A DNA stretch of 64,000 nucleotides from Escherichia coli (GTDB lineage: Bacteria; Pseudomonadota; Gammaproteobacteria; Enterobacterales; Enterobacteriaceae), in NCBI RefSeq assembly GCF_003334305.1, contig NZ_QOWS01000021.1, one strand, 5' to 3'. This document shows, piece by piece, positions 1-11,165 of the stretch (the first letter of the stretch is position 1; each line of letters opens with the position of its first letter). The notes beneath the pieces are model-generated. The model worked only from the letters and a program-made list of their open reading frames with translations, had not been told where the DNA came from and did not search any database. A program made the position numbers and the translations under genes.

Positions 1-451
1 GAAGACGACTGCAAAATAAGAAGAGGAAACGCCGCAGAATTATTTTCAGGGATACGGCACATCGCTATTAATATTTTAACGAATGATAAGGTATTCAAGG
101 CAGGGTTAAGACGTAAGATGCGAAAAGCAGCCATGGACAGAAACTATCTCGCGTCAGTCCTTGCGGGGAGCGGGCTTTCGTAATCTTGCCCTGCCTGCTC
201 ACCTCCTCCAGGCACTTCCACTACATTATGACCTGCTCGGTGCCACCGCTCCTTTTCACTATGACGTTAACCTCCCCTCCTTGACACCATGCTTTTGTCT
301 ACATTCTACGCAAACGGCAACTTTTATAACCAGTGTAAAAATAACGTGCCGCAATAGTCATACCTATTAATGGTAAAAAGCTGTCACAATTCATAAAAAA
401 CCTTAATATACGCCACCCTAAACATAACCAGCGTTAATGTAAGGTTTTTGT

Positions 452-2689
452 GTGGACTGGCTTCTTGATGTTTTTGCAACCTGGCTCTACGGCTTAAAAG
501 TAATCGCGATAACGTTAGCGGTCATCATGTTCATCAGCGGGCTGGACGATTTTTTTATTGATGTCGTCTACTGGGTACGCCGCATTAAACGCAAGTTGAG
601 TGTTTATCGCCGCTACCCGCGAATGAGTTACCGCGAACTGTATAAACCAGATGAAAAACCGTTAGCGATTATGGTTCCGGCGTGGAATGAAACGGGCGTC
701 ATCGGCAATATGGCCGAGCTGGCGGCGACCACGCTCGACTACGAAAACTATCATATCTTTGTTGGCACCTACCCCAACGACCCCGATACTCAACGTGATG
801 TTGACGAAGTGTGCGCTCGCTTTCCGAACGTGCATAAGGTAGTCTGCGCGCGTCCTGGTCCCACCAGCAAAGCCGACTGTCTGAACAACGTGCTGGACGC
901 CATCACCCAGTTTGAACGTAGCGCCAATTTCGCTTTTGCTGGTTTTATTCTGCATGACGCCGAAGATGTGATTTCACCGATGGAATTGCGTCTGTTCAAC
1001 TATCTGGTCGAGCGTAAAGATCTGATTCAGATCCCGGTGTATCCGTTCGAACGCGAATGGACGCACTTCACCAGCATGACTTACATTGATGAGTTTTCAG
1101 AGCTGCATGGCAAAGATGTTCCGGTGCGTGAAGCCCTCGCCGGACAAGTGCCCAGCGCAGGCGTCGGCACCTGTTTCAGCCGCCGCGCCGTGACCGCTCT
1201 GTTAGCTGACGGTGACGGTATTGCTTTCGACGTGCAGAGTCTGACTGAAGATTACGACATTGGTTTCCGCCTGAAAGAGAAAGGTATGACGGAAATTTTT
1301 GTCCGTTTTCCGGTGGTGGACGAAGCCAAAGAACGCGAGCAGCGCAAATTTTTACAGCACGCACGGACGTCAAACATGATCTGCGTGCGCGAATATTTCC
1401 CCGATACCTTTTCGACTGCAGTTCGACAAAAATCTCGCTGGATCATCGGCATTGTTTTCCAGGGCTTTAAAACCCACAAATGGACCTCCAGCCTGACGCT
1501 GAACTACTTTCTCTGGCGCGACCGCAAAGGGGCAATCAGTAACTTTGTCAGCTTCCTCGCGATGCTGGTGATGCTCCAGCTTTTGCTGTTGCTGGCGTAT
1601 GAAAGTTTGTGGCCCAATGCCTGGCATTTCCTTTCTATTTTTAGCGGCAGCGCATGATTAATGACCCTGCTGTGGCTAAACTTTGGCTTGATGGTTAACC
1701 GCATCGTGCAGCGGGTGATTTTCGTCACTGGCTACTACGGTCTGACGCAGGGGCTGCTATCTGTCCTGCGTCTTTTCTGGGGCAACCTGATTAACTTCAT
1801 GGCCAACTGGCGCGCGCTAAAACAGGTACTTCAACACGGCGATCCACGTCGCGTCGCGTGGGATAAAACAACGCATGACTTCCCCAGCGTGACTGGCGAT
1901 ACCCGCTCGTTGCGCCCGTTAGGCCAAATTCTGCTGGAAAATCAGGTCATCACTGAAGAACAACTCGATACAGCACTGCGTAATCGCGTCGAAGGTCTAC
2001 GCCTGGGCGGTTCAATGCTGATGCAGGGGCTGATTAGCGCCGAGCAGCTGGCACAGGCGCTGGCAGAGCAAAACGGCGTGGCGTGGGAATCCATCGATGC
2101 CTGGCAGATCCCGTCCTCGCTGATTGCCGAAATGCCAGCCTCCGTAGCGCTGCATTATGCAGTACTGCCGCTGCGTCTGGAAAATGATGAGTTAATTGTC
2201 GGCAGTGAAGATGGTATTGACCCGGTTTCGCTGGCGGCCCTGACGCGTAAAGTCGGACGCAAAGTGCGTTACGTCATTGTTCTGCGGGGACAAATTGTCA
2301 CGGGGTTACGTCACTGGTATGCACGCCGACGCGGTCACGATCCGCGGGCAATGTTGTACAATGCGGTTCAGCATCAGTGGCTCACGGAACAGCAGACCGG
2401 TGAAATCTGGCGGCAATATGTGCCGCATCAGTTCCTGTTCGCCGAAATACTGACCACGCTCGGTCATATTAATCGTTCAGCAATTAACGTGTTGTTATTG
2501 CGCCATGAACGCAGTTCTCTGCCGCTCGGCAAGTTTTTGGTCACCGAAGGCGTTATCAGCCAGGAAACGTTGGATCGCGTCCTGACAATTCAACGCGAAT
2601 TACAAGTTTCGATGCAATCACTATTACTCAAAGCAGGTTTAAACACAGAACAGGTTGCGCAACTGGAGTCCGAAAATGAAGGAGAATAA
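452..2689 (+). pseudogene. nfrB: NfrB-like GT2 glycosyltransferase (phage N4 adsorption protein B) interrupted by an in-frame TGA at 1655-1657
   Basis: ORFs 452-1657 and 1661-2689 are in the same frame, separated only by a stop and one codon; the joined translation reads as one continuous NfrB-like protein. Confidence 0.7.
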
Positions 2690-5648
2690 CCTTAATCGCG
2701 TCATCGGATGGTCTGGTTTACTGCTGACGTCTTTATTGAGTACCAGCGCACTCGCAGACAATATCGGCACCAGCGCAGAAGAGCTGGGGCTGAGCGATTA
2801 TCGCCATTTTGTTATTTATCCCCGTCTCGATAAGGCGCTGAAGGCACAGAAAAATAACGACGAAGCAACCGCCATCCGCGAATTTGAATATATACACCAG
2901 CAGGTGCCGGATAATATTCCGCTGACTTTATACCTTGCGGAAGCCTATCGCCATTTTGGTCATGATGACCGGGCGCGGCTGTTGCTTGAGGATCAACTGA
3001 AACGTCACCCAGGAGATGCCCGACTTGAGCGCAGTCTGGCGGCTATTCCGGTTGAAGTGAAAAGCGTTACGACTGTTGAAGAACTGCTTGCCCAGCAAAA
3101 AGCGTGCGACGCTGCGCCGACCCTGCGTTGTCGCAGTGAAGTCGGGCAGAATGCCCTGCGGCTGGCACAATTACCTGTCGCCAGAGCGCAACTGAACGAT
3201 GCGACGTTTGCTGCATCGCCAGAAGGAAAAACGCTGCGAACCGATCTGCTGCAACGGGCAATCTACCTGAAACAATGGTCCCAGGCAGATACGCTATACA
3301 ATGAAGCACGCCAGCAGAACACATTAAGCGCGGCAGAACGCCGTCAGTGGTTTGACGTGCTTCTTGCCGGGCAGCTGGACGATCGGATCCTGGCACTGCA
3401 ATCACAGGGGATCTTCACCGATCCTCAGTCATATATTACTTACGCGACCGCGCTGGCTTATCGTGGCGAAAAAGCACGCCTCCAGCATTATCTCAATGAA
3501 AATAAGCCGCTGTTTACCACGGACGCACAAGAGAAAAGTTGGCTCTATCTGTTATCTAAATACAGCGCCAACCCCGTTCAGGCATTGGCGAATTATACGG
3601 TGCAGTTTGCCGATAACCGCCAGTATGTTGTTGGCGCGACGCTACCGGTGCTGTTAAAAGAAGGTCAGTACGACGCAGCGCAAAAACTGCTCGCCACCCT
3701 CCCCGCCAATGAAATGCTTGAGGAGCGTTATGCTGTCAGCGTGGCGACCCGTAACAAGGCTGAATCTCTGCGTCTGGCACGATTGCTGTATCAGCAAGAA
3801 CCGGCAAATCTTACCCGCCTGGATCAACTGACCTGGCAACTGATGCAGAACGAGCAGTCACGCGAAGCTGCCGATTTATTGCTGCAACGCTATCCTTTCC
3901 AGGGCGATGCGCGTGTCAGCCAGACTTTAATGGCGCGACTGGCGTCTCTGCTGGAAAGTCATCCTTACCTGGCAACGCCGGCGAAGGTGGCGATTTTATC
4001 GAAACCCTTACCGCTGGCGGAGCAACGTCAGTGGCAAAGTCAGTTGCCGGGTATTGCAGATAATTGCCCGGCAATAGTTCGCTTGCTGGGCGATATGTCG
4101 CCTTCCTACGATGCTGCCGCCTGGAACCGTCTGGCAAAGTGTTATCGGGACACGCTACCCGGTGTGGCGCTGTATGCATGGCTTCAGGCCGAACAACGAC
4201 AACCGAACGCCTGGCAACATCGTGCGGTAGCCTATCAGGCGTATCAGGTTGAGGACTACGCCACCGCACTGGCGGCCTGGCAGAAAATCAGTCTTCACGA
4301 CATGAGCAATGAGGATCTGCTTGCTGCTGCCAATACCGCCCAGGCGGCAGGAAATGGTGCAGCTCGCGATCGCTGGCTACAACAGGCAGAACAACGTGGA
4401 CTGGGAAACAATGCCCTCTACTGGTGGCTGCATGCGCAACGTTACATTCCTGGTCAGCCGGAACTCGCACTGAGCGATCTCACGCGCTCAATCAATATTG
4501 CGCCTTCTGCCAACGCTTACGTTGCGCGGGCGACAATTTATCGCCAACGTCATAATGTCCCGGCGGCGGTGAGTGATTTGCGCGCCGCGCTGGAACTGGA
4601 ACCGAATAATAGCAACATCCAGGCAGCGCTTGGTTACGCCTTGTGGGATAGCGGTGATATCGCACAGTCGCGGGAAATGCTCGAACAGGCGCATAAAGGG
4701 CTTCCGGACGATCCGGCACTGATCCGACAACTGGCCTACGTGAACCAGCGTCTGGATGACATGCCTGCGACGCAGCACTACGCCCGGCTGGTGATTGATG
4801 ACATTGATAATCAGGCGCTGATAACCCCACTGACCCCAGAGCAAAATCAGCAACGCTTCAATTTCCGCCGTTTGCATGAGGAGGTCGGTCGCCGCTGGAC
4901 GTTCAGTTTCGATTCTTCTATCGGCTTGCGTTCCGGGGCAATGAGCACCGCTAACAATAATGTCGGCGGCGCAGCGCCAGGGAAAAGCTATCGTAGCTAC
5001 GGGCAACTGGAAGCCGAGTACCGCATCGGACGCAATATGCTGCTGGAAGGCGACCTGCTCTCAGTTTATAGCCGCGTCTTTGCCGATACCGGAGAAAACG
5101 GGGTGATGATGCCGGTGAAAAATCCGATGTCCGGCACCGGTCTGCGCTGGAAGCCGCTGCGCGATCAGATCTTTTTCCTCGCCGTCGAACAGCAGTTGCC
5201 GCTGAACGGGCAAAATGGCGCATCCGATACCATGCTGCGCGCCAGCGCCTCATTCTTTAATGGCGGCAAATACAGCGACGAATGGCACCCGAACGGTTCA
5301 GGCTGGTTTGCCCAAAACCTGTACCTCGATGCGGCGCAATATATCCGCCAGGATATTCAGGCGTGGACGGCAGATTATCGCGTCAGCTGGCATCAGAAGG
5401 TAGCTAACGGACAGACTATTGAGCCTTACGCTCACGTTCAGGACAACGGCTATCGTGATAAAGGCACTCAGGGCGCGCAGCTTGGCGGAGTCGGGGTCCG
5501 CTGGAATATCTGGACCGGCGAGACGCACTACGACGCCTGGCCGCACAAAGTCAGTCTCGGCGTCGAGTATCAACATACCTTTAAGGCGATTAATCAACGT
5601 AACGGAGAGCGCAACAACGCGTTTCTCACCATTGGAGTGCACTGGTAA
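2676..5648 (+). CDS. nfrA: Outer membrane protein NfrA (phage N4 adsorption protein A), TPR-rich, 990 aa
   Basis: ORF 2655-5648; internal Met at codon 8 gives a signal-peptide-like N-terminus (MKENNLNRVIGWSGLLLTSLL); synteny with nfrB. Confidence 0.85.
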   Translation: MKENNLNRVIGWSGLLLTSLLSTSALADNIGTSAEELGLSDYRHFVIYPRLDKALKAQKNNDEATAIREFEYIHQQVPDNIPLTLYLAEAYRHFGHDDRARLLLEDQLKRHPGDARLERSLAAIPVEVKSVTTVEELLAQQKACDAAPTLRCRSEVGQNALRLAQLPVARAQLNDATFAASPEGKTLRTDLLQRAIYLKQWSQADTLYNEARQQNTLSAAERRQWFDVLLAGQLDDRILALQSQGIFTDPQSYITYATALAYRGEKARLQHYLNENKPLFTTDAQEKSWLYLLSKYSANPVQALANYTVQFADNRQYVVGATLPVLLKEGQYDAAQKLLATLPANEMLEERYAVSVATRNKAESLRLARLLYQQEPANLTRLDQLTWQLMQNEQSREAADLLLQRYPFQGDARVSQTLMARLASLLESHPYLATPAKVAILSKPLPLAEQRQWQSQLPGIADNCPAIVRLLGDMSPSYDAAAWNRLAKCYRDTLPGVALYAWLQAEQRQPNAWQHRAVAYQAYQVEDYATALAAWQKISLHDMSNEDLLAAANTAQAAGNGAARDRWLQQAEQRGLGNNALYWWLHAQRYIPGQPELALSDLTRSINIAPSANAYVARATIYRQRHNVPAAVSDLRAALELEPNNSNIQAALGYALWDSGDIAQSREMLEQAHKGLPDDPALIRQLAYVNQRLDDMPATQHYARLVIDDIDNQALITPLTPEQNQQRFNFRRLHEEVGRRWTFSFDSSIGLRSGAMSTANNNVGGAAPGKSYRSYGQLEAEYRIGRNMLLEGDLLSVYSRVFADTGENGVMMPVKNPMSGTGLRWKPLRDQIFFLAVEQQLPLNGQNGASDTMLRASASFFNGGKYSDEWHPNGSGWFAQNLYLDAAQYIRQDIQAWTADYRVSWHQKVANGQTIEPYAHVQDNGYRDKGTQGAQLGGVGVRWNIWTGETHYDAWPHKVSLGVEYQHTFKAINQRNGERNNAFLTIGVHW

Positions 5649-6539
5649 ATGCGTAAGTTCATTTTCGTATTGCTGACACTGCTTTTGGTCAGCCCTTTTT
5701 CCTTTGCGATGAAAGGTATTATCTGGCAACCACAAAACCGAGATAGTCAGGTTACCGATACCCAGTGGCAGGGGCTGATGAGTCAGTTACGTTTGCAAGG
5801 CTTCGATACCCTGGTTTTGCAATGGACCCGTTACGGCGATGCATTTACCCAGCCAGAACAGCGCACGTTATTGTTTAAGCGTGCCGCAGCTGCGCAACAG
5901 GCTGGCCTGAAGCTGATTGTCGGGCTGAACGCCGATCCGGAATTTTTTATGCACCAGAAACAGTCGTCCGCAGCGCTGGAAAGCTATCTTAATCGCCTGC
6001 TGGCTGCCGATCTCCAGCAAGCCAGATTATGGAGCGCCGCGCCTGGCATAACGCCGGATGGCTGGTACATCAGCGCGGAAATTGACGACCTGAACTGGCG
6101 CAGCGAAGCTGCCCATCAGCCTTTGCTAACATGGTTAAACAACGCGCAGCGGCTGATTAGCGATGTTTCAGCAAAACCGGTTTATATCAGTAGTTTTTTC
6201 GCCGGAAACATGTCGCCCGATGGCTATCGCCAACTGCTGGAACACGTTAAAGCAACCGGCGTTAATGTTTGGGTACAGGATGGCAGCGGCGTGGATAAAC
6301 TGACCGCTGAACAGCGTGAACGTTATCTACAAGCCAGCGCCGATTGCCAAAGTTCCGCCCCAGCAAGCGGCATTGTTTATGAACTTTTTGTCGCCGGCAA
6401 AGGCAAAACCTTTACAGCGAAACCGAAACCGGACGCAGAAATTGCCTCGCTGTTAGCGAAACGTTCCTCTTGCGGTAAAGACACTCTCTATTTCTCTCTG
6501 CGCTATTTGCCCGTCGCGCACGGCATTCTCGAGTATTAA
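5649..6539 (+). CDS. ybcH: YbcH-like secreted protein (DUF4434-like), 296 aa
   Basis: ORF with N-terminal signal peptide immediately after nfrA; matches recalled K-12 gene order nfrB-nfrA-ybcH. Confidence 0.75.
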   Translation: MRKFIFVLLTLLLVSPFSFAMKGIIWQPQNRDSQVTDTQWQGLMSQLRLQGFDTLVLQWTRYGDAFTQPEQRTLLFKRAAAAQQAGLKLIVGLNADPEFFMHQKQSSAALESYLNRLLAADLQQARLWSAAPGITPDGWYISAEIDDLNWRSEAAHQPLLTWLNNAQRLISDVSAKPVYISSFFAGNMSPDGYRQLLEHVKATGVNVWVQDGSGVDKLTAEQRERYLQASADCQSSAPASGIVYELFVAGKGKTFTAKPKPDAEIASLLAKRSSCGKDTLYFSLRYLPVAHGILEY

Positions 6540-6721
6540 ATCTCCTCCAGGTAAGTCGGGTACGACCTGGCTTACCTCTTTCGCTCTCGTCAGAATTCCA
6601 TCAAGATTAATTGCTAAAAAGCGTGCTAAAGAAAGAAGATCGTTATCGGCGAACGGGCCGATCACTCATGCAGGAAGCATAGATCCTTTGAGCGGAGTTT
6701 CTGATATCTGAGGAGTGCGAA

Positions 6722-7483
6722 ATGCAATTGAGCAGCAGTGAACCTTGCGTGGTGATCCTGACCGAAAAAGAGGTAGAGGTAAGCGTCAATAACCATGCTA
6801 CGTTTACCCTTCCGAAAAACTACCTGGCCGCCTTCGCGTGCAACAATAACGTCATTGAACTCTCAACGTTAAATCACGTATTAATCACCCACATCAACCG
6901 TAACATCATCAACGATTATCTGTTGTTTTTAAATAAGAACTTAACCTGTGTAAAGCCCTGGTCGCGGCTGGCAACCCCGGTTATTGCTTGTCATAGCCGT
7001 ACACCGGAAGTGTTCCGGCTAGCCGCCAACCACAGCAAGCAGCAACCCAGCAAACCCTGCGAAGCGGAGTTGACGCGCGTATTGCTTTTTACCGTATTGT
7101 CTAACTTTCTTGAGCAATCGCGGTTTATTGCCCTACTGATGTATATCTTACGCAGCAGCGTCCGCGACAGCGTCTGCCGCATTATTCAAAGCGATATTCA
7201 GCATTACTGGAATCTGCGAATTGTCGCCAGTTCGCTATGTTTAAGCCCCAGCCTGCTCAAAAAGAAATTAAAAAACGAAAATACCAGCTATAGCCAGATT
7301 GTCACAGAGTGTCGTATGCGTTACGCCGTACAGATGTTATTGATGGATAACAAAAATATCACTCAGGTGGCGCAATTATGTGGCTATAGCAGCACGTCAT
7401 ACTTTATCTCTGTTTTTAAGGCGTTTTACGGCCTGACACCGTTGAATTATCTCGCCAAACAGCGACAAAAAGTGATGTGGTGA
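6722..7483 (+). CDS. envY: AraC-family transcriptional regulator EnvY (porin thermoregulation)
   Basis: 253-aa ORF with a C-terminal AraC-type HTH (…YSSTSYFISVFKAFYGLTPLNY); position next to the argU-derived att remnant. Confidence 0.8.
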   Translation: MQLSSSEPCVVILTEKEVEVSVNNHATFTLPKNYLAAFACNNNVIELSTLNHVLITHINRNIINDYLLFLNKNLTCVKPWSRLATPVIACHSRTPEVFRLAANHSKQQPSKPCEAELTRVLLFTVLSNFLEQSRFIALLMYILRSSVRDSVCRIIQSDIQHYWNLRIVASSLCLSPSLLKKKLKNENTSYSQIVTECRMRYAVQMLLMDNKNITQVAQLCGYSSTSYFISVFKAFYGLTPLNYLAKQRQKVMW

Positions 7484-7528
7484 AGGGCAAAGCGGAAACG
7501 GATAAGACGGGCATAAATGAAGAAGAAA

Positions 7529-7573
7529 TGGCGCGCCCTGCAGGATTCGAACCTGCGGCCCACGACTTAGAAG
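7529..7573. repeat. attL: 45-bp partial copy of the tRNA-Arg 3' end (pauD-like remnant)
   Basis: tggcgcgccctgcaggattcgaacctgcggcccacgacttagaag is identical to 54073-54117; coordinates approximate. Confidence 0.85.
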
Positions 7574-7995
7574 TTCCTAGAACGACATTTTAAGTCAACA
7601 AATTACCGCGCCATCTCTGCGCTCACACGTCCCACTACCTCAAAACATGTAAAGCCTTGCAAGCCATTGTGAGGCCTTATGTGTCTCAGTTTTGTCCCTC
7701 TTTTTTGTACTAAAAAACATAGCAATTGAGGATAAACCTCATGCTATTTTCGCTTATATGCCTTTAAAGGCATGGCGCTTAAATAGATAAAAACACCACA
7801 AAAGCATAAAAAACCACACAGTAAAACCGCAACATAAAACAATAACAGATAATTAAACCAAAAACAGATAGCGCATTGTGATAATCATTCAATACTAAAC
7901 AAAATATAAACAGTGGAGCAATATGTGATTGACTCATTAAGTTAGATATAAAAAATACATATTCAATCATTAAAACGATTGAATGGAGAACTTTT

Positions 7996-8949
7996 ATGCG
8001 GGCGAAACTTCTGGGAATAGTTCTGACAACCCCTATTGCGATCAGCTCTTTTGCTTCTACCGAGACTATATCGTTTACTCCTGACAACATAAATGCGGAC
8101 ATTAGTCTTGGAACTCTGAGCGGAAAAACAAAAGAGCGCGTTTATCTAGCTGAAGAAGGAGGCCGAAAAGTCAGTCAACTCGACTGGAAATTCAATAACG
8201 CTGCAATTATTAAAGGTGCAATTAATTGGGATTTGATGCCCCAGATATCTATTGGGGCTGCGGGCTGGACTACTCTCGGCAGCCGAGGTGGCAATATGGT
8301 CGATCAGGACTGGATGGATTCCAGTAACCCCGGAACCTGGACAGATGAAAGTAGGCACCCTGATACACAACTCAATTATGCCAACGAATTTGATCTGAAT
8401 ATCAAAGGCTGGCTCCTCAACGAACCCAATTACCGCCTGGGACTCATGGCCGGATATCAGGAAAGCCGTTATAGCTTTACAGCCAGAGGTGGTTCCTATA
8501 TCTACAGTTCTGAGGAGGGATTCAGAGATGATATCGGCTCCTTCCCGAATGGAGAAAGAGCAATCGGCTACAAACAACGTTTTAAAATGCCCTACATTGG
8601 CTTGACTGGAAGTTATCGTTATGAAGATTTTGAGCTAGGTGGCACATTTAAATACAGCGGCTGGGTGGAAGCATCTGATAACGATGAGCACTATGACCCA
8701 GGAAAAAGAATCACTTATCGCAGTAAAGTCAAAGACCAAAATTACTATTCTGTTGCAGTCAATGCAGGTTATTACGTAACACCTAACGCAAAAGTTTATG
8801 TTGAAGGCGCATGGAATCGGGTTACGAATAAAAAAGGTAATACTTCACTTTATGATCACAATGATAACACTTCAGACTACAGCAAAAATGGTGCAGGCAT
8901 AGAAAACTATAACTTCATCACTACTGCTGGTCTTAAGTACACCTTTTAA
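7996..8949 (+). CDS. ompT: Outer membrane protease OmpT (omptin), 317 aa
   Basis: Full-length match to the OmpT sequence as recalled (MRAKLLGIVLTTPIAISSFA…TTAGLKYTF). Confidence 0.95.
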   Translation: MRAKLLGIVLTTPIAISSFASTETISFTPDNINADISLGTLSGKTKERVYLAEEGGRKVSQLDWKFNNAAIIKGAINWDLMPQISIGAAGWTTLGSRGGNMVDQDWMDSSNPGTWTDESRHPDTQLNYANEFDLNIKGWLLNEPNYRLGLMAGYQESRYSFTARGGSYIYSSEEGFRDDIGSFPNGERAIGYKQRFKMPYIGLTGSYRYEDFELGGTFKYSGWVEASDNDEHYDPGKRITYRSKVKDQNYYSVAVNAGYYVTPNAKVYVEGAWNRVTNKKGNTSLYDHNDNTSDYSKNGAGIENYNFITTAGLKYTF

Positions 8950-9135
8950 CGAAGTTAACCAGATTTTCTCCCCGGTGGTATTGTATAACCCCGGGGAATT
9001 TGTTTACAGTTACAAGTAGGCAATATCCACTAATTTTGTAAGCATTTAACCTATGTCATAACGTGTAATCTCTTACCGCAACACAAGACCTCAATATATT
9101 CAAATCTTATCTTTATTCCGATATTCAGAGACACA

Positions 9136-10620
9136 ATGCGAAAAATAATCACTCATTTCAAAGTTGTTTTAACGTTACTTCTACCAGTAACCGTATCTGC
9201 CCAGCAGATACAGTGGCAATCCTGTATGGCCAGTCAATTCAACCACTGGTTTGGTGAGGAAAAACCGTCTCCTGACTTACTATGTGGTTATTTGTCTGTT
9301 CCATTAAAATATACAGACACAGGCGGAGATGCTTCTTATGAAAAAAAATCACAAGTCAAACTAGCGTTGACAAAATTGCCGGCAAAAAGCAAGCATAAAG
9401 GAAGTATCCTGATAATAAGTGGTGGTCCCGGGTTACCAGGCATAAATCCTTATATTAACTTTGACTGGCCAGTCACAAATCTTCGTGAGTCATGGGATAT
9501 TATTGGATTTGATCCTCGAGGCGTCGGACAGTCCACTCCGACAATAAACTGCCGGCAATCAGATACAGAGACTCAGGAAAACATAACCGAAAAGCAACAA
9601 GTATTAAATAAAATTAATGCCTGTATCCATAATACCGGAGCCGAAGTCATTCGCCATATCGGCTCTAACGAGGCTGTATACGATATTGATCGTATTAGGC
9701 AAGCCTTGGGGGATAAACAACTGACAGCCGTGGCGTATTCGTATGGAACTCAAATTGCAGCCTTATATGCAGAACGTTTTCCCTACAACGTAAGATCTAT
9801 CGTTCTTGATGGAGTCGTCGATATCGATGACCTGGAGGACAACTTCACATGGCAACTCAAACAGGCACAGAGTTATCAGGAAACGTTTGATCGCTTTGCA
9901 TCCTGGTGTGCGCGTACAAAAAGTTGCCCGCTTTCTTCAGACAGAGATAAGGCAATAACTCAGTTCCATGAGCTATTATCAAAATTACATCACAAACCTT
10001 TATTAGACAGTAAGGGAGAAAATATATCTTCAGATGAACTCATATCATTAACAACAGACCTTCTGCTATGGCGTTCATCATGGCCAACCCTTGCAACTGC
10101 CATACGCCAGTTCTCTCAGGGGATTGTCAGTAATGAAATTGAAACTGCGCTCAGTGCTCCGATAGCCTCAGAAGAGTCAAGCGATGCTTCGGGGGTAATC
10201 CTCTGTGTAGATCAGGGGGATGAGCAATTAACACCAGAAGAGCGAAAATCCCGAAAAGACGCTCTTGCGAATGCCTTCCCGGCTATTAACTTTGACAATG
10301 GACGTTCCGATTCACCTGATTTTTGTGAATTATGGCCAATACATAGCGACCTGAACAAAACTCGCCTGAAAAATACTGTTCTGCCCTCTGGTTTACTGTT
10401 TGTAGCACACAAATACGACCCAACAACGCCCTGGATTAATGCCCGTAAGATGGCAGAGAAATTTTCCAGCCCGTTACTAACAATAAATGGTGATGGGCAT
10501 ACATTAGCTCTCACCGGAGTTAATTTATGTGTAGATAAAGCAGTTGTACATTACCTGATCACTCCACAAAAAATAGAAAATATATACTGCCCAGGAAATT
10601 CTGAAGCAGAAATACAATAA
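9136..10620 (+). CDS. Secreted alpha/beta-hydrolase-fold peptidase-like protein (S33 / tripeptidyl-aminopeptidase-like), 494 aa
   Basis: Signal peptide (…VTVSA|QQ), GGPG and Ser-nucleophile-like AYSYGTQ motifs; AT-rich; sits where appY is in K-12. Confidence 0.55.
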   Translation: MRKIITHFKVVLTLLLPVTVSAQQIQWQSCMASQFNHWFGEEKPSPDLLCGYLSVPLKYTDTGGDASYEKKSQVKLALTKLPAKSKHKGSILIISGGPGLPGINPYINFDWPVTNLRESWDIIGFDPRGVGQSTPTINCRQSDTETQENITEKQQVLNKINACIHNTGAEVIRHIGSNEAVYDIDRIRQALGDKQLTAVAYSYGTQIAALYAERFPYNVRSIVLDGVVDIDDLEDNFTWQLKQAQSYQETFDRFASWCARTKSCPLSSDRDKAITQFHELLSKLHHKPLLDSKGENISSDELISLTTDLLLWRSSWPTLATAIRQFSQGIVSNEIETALSAPIASEESSDASGVILCVDQGDEQLTPEERKSRKDALANAFPAINFDNGRSDSPDFCELWPIHSDLNKTRLKNTVLPSGLLFVAHKYDPTTPWINARKMAEKFSSPLLTINGDGHTLALTGVNLCVDKAVVHYLITPQKIENIYCPGNSEAEIQ

Positions 10621-10641
10621 TTTCAAAATATTCCGCTATTT

Positions 10642-10692
10642 GCTCCCAATGCAAAACATATATTGCATTGGGAGCATATTCATATTTTTGTT
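10642..10692 (+). terminator. Rho-independent terminator after the hydrolase gene
   Basis: 12-bp perfect inverted repeat gctcccaatgca / tgcattgggagc followed by a T-rich tail; coordinates approximate. Confidence 0.6.
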
Positions 10693-10803
10693 ATTATTGT
10701 ATGAAATCGTCTCATGTACACGGTCCTTTTTTCGCCGAAAACTGATATTACTTTAATCAAAAGTTGACGTGCCAGATTCGAAGTAAATTTATAAAATATC
10801 AAA

Positions 10804-11109
10804 TCAATATACATTTTGCACCTTCGAGATAGTAATGACTGTTACTGTAACATGAGTTACAAACAGCTTCATACCCAGAGCTACTGATGTATCAACTCGA
10901 TTCAACAATACCCGATATTTATTCCATGCCTCCAGCAACGATCTTTCTTCCTCCGTTGCGATTTCCAGATCTACAGCATCCTGCAGTGGCGCAATATACT
11001 CACTGAATTCCTGGATGTAGAACTGTGTGGTGACGGTCTTCCAGCCATTCGGCTCCTGCTGTATCGAAGCATACCAGGCTATTTCAATATCGCTATGCTG
11101 CGGCAGCAT
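10804..11109 (-). pseudogene. Tail fibre assembly protein C-terminal remnant (tfaX-like)
   Basis: Translation contains the conserved Tfa motif [37 protein letters not shown] with no N-terminal domain; about 110 nt is a direct repeat of 13690-13800. Confidence 0.7.
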
Positions 11110-11165
11110 TTAACCCCTTGTAATTCATCGCCATAATTGATTTAATTCACAAATAAAACTATAAC

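Noticed and set aside
161-370. 69-aa ORF upstream of nfrB
   Set aside because: No RBS or motif support; the region is probably intergenic or the 3' end of an upstream gene that I cannot identify from about 450 nt.
6453-6665. 70-aa minus-strand ORF between ybcH and envY
   Set aside because: Overlaps the ybcH 3' end and the envY upstream region; no support.
7779-8102. 107-aa minus-strand ORF
   Set aside because: Lies in the AT-rich ompT upstream region and overlaps the ompT start; hydrophobic low-complexity translation.
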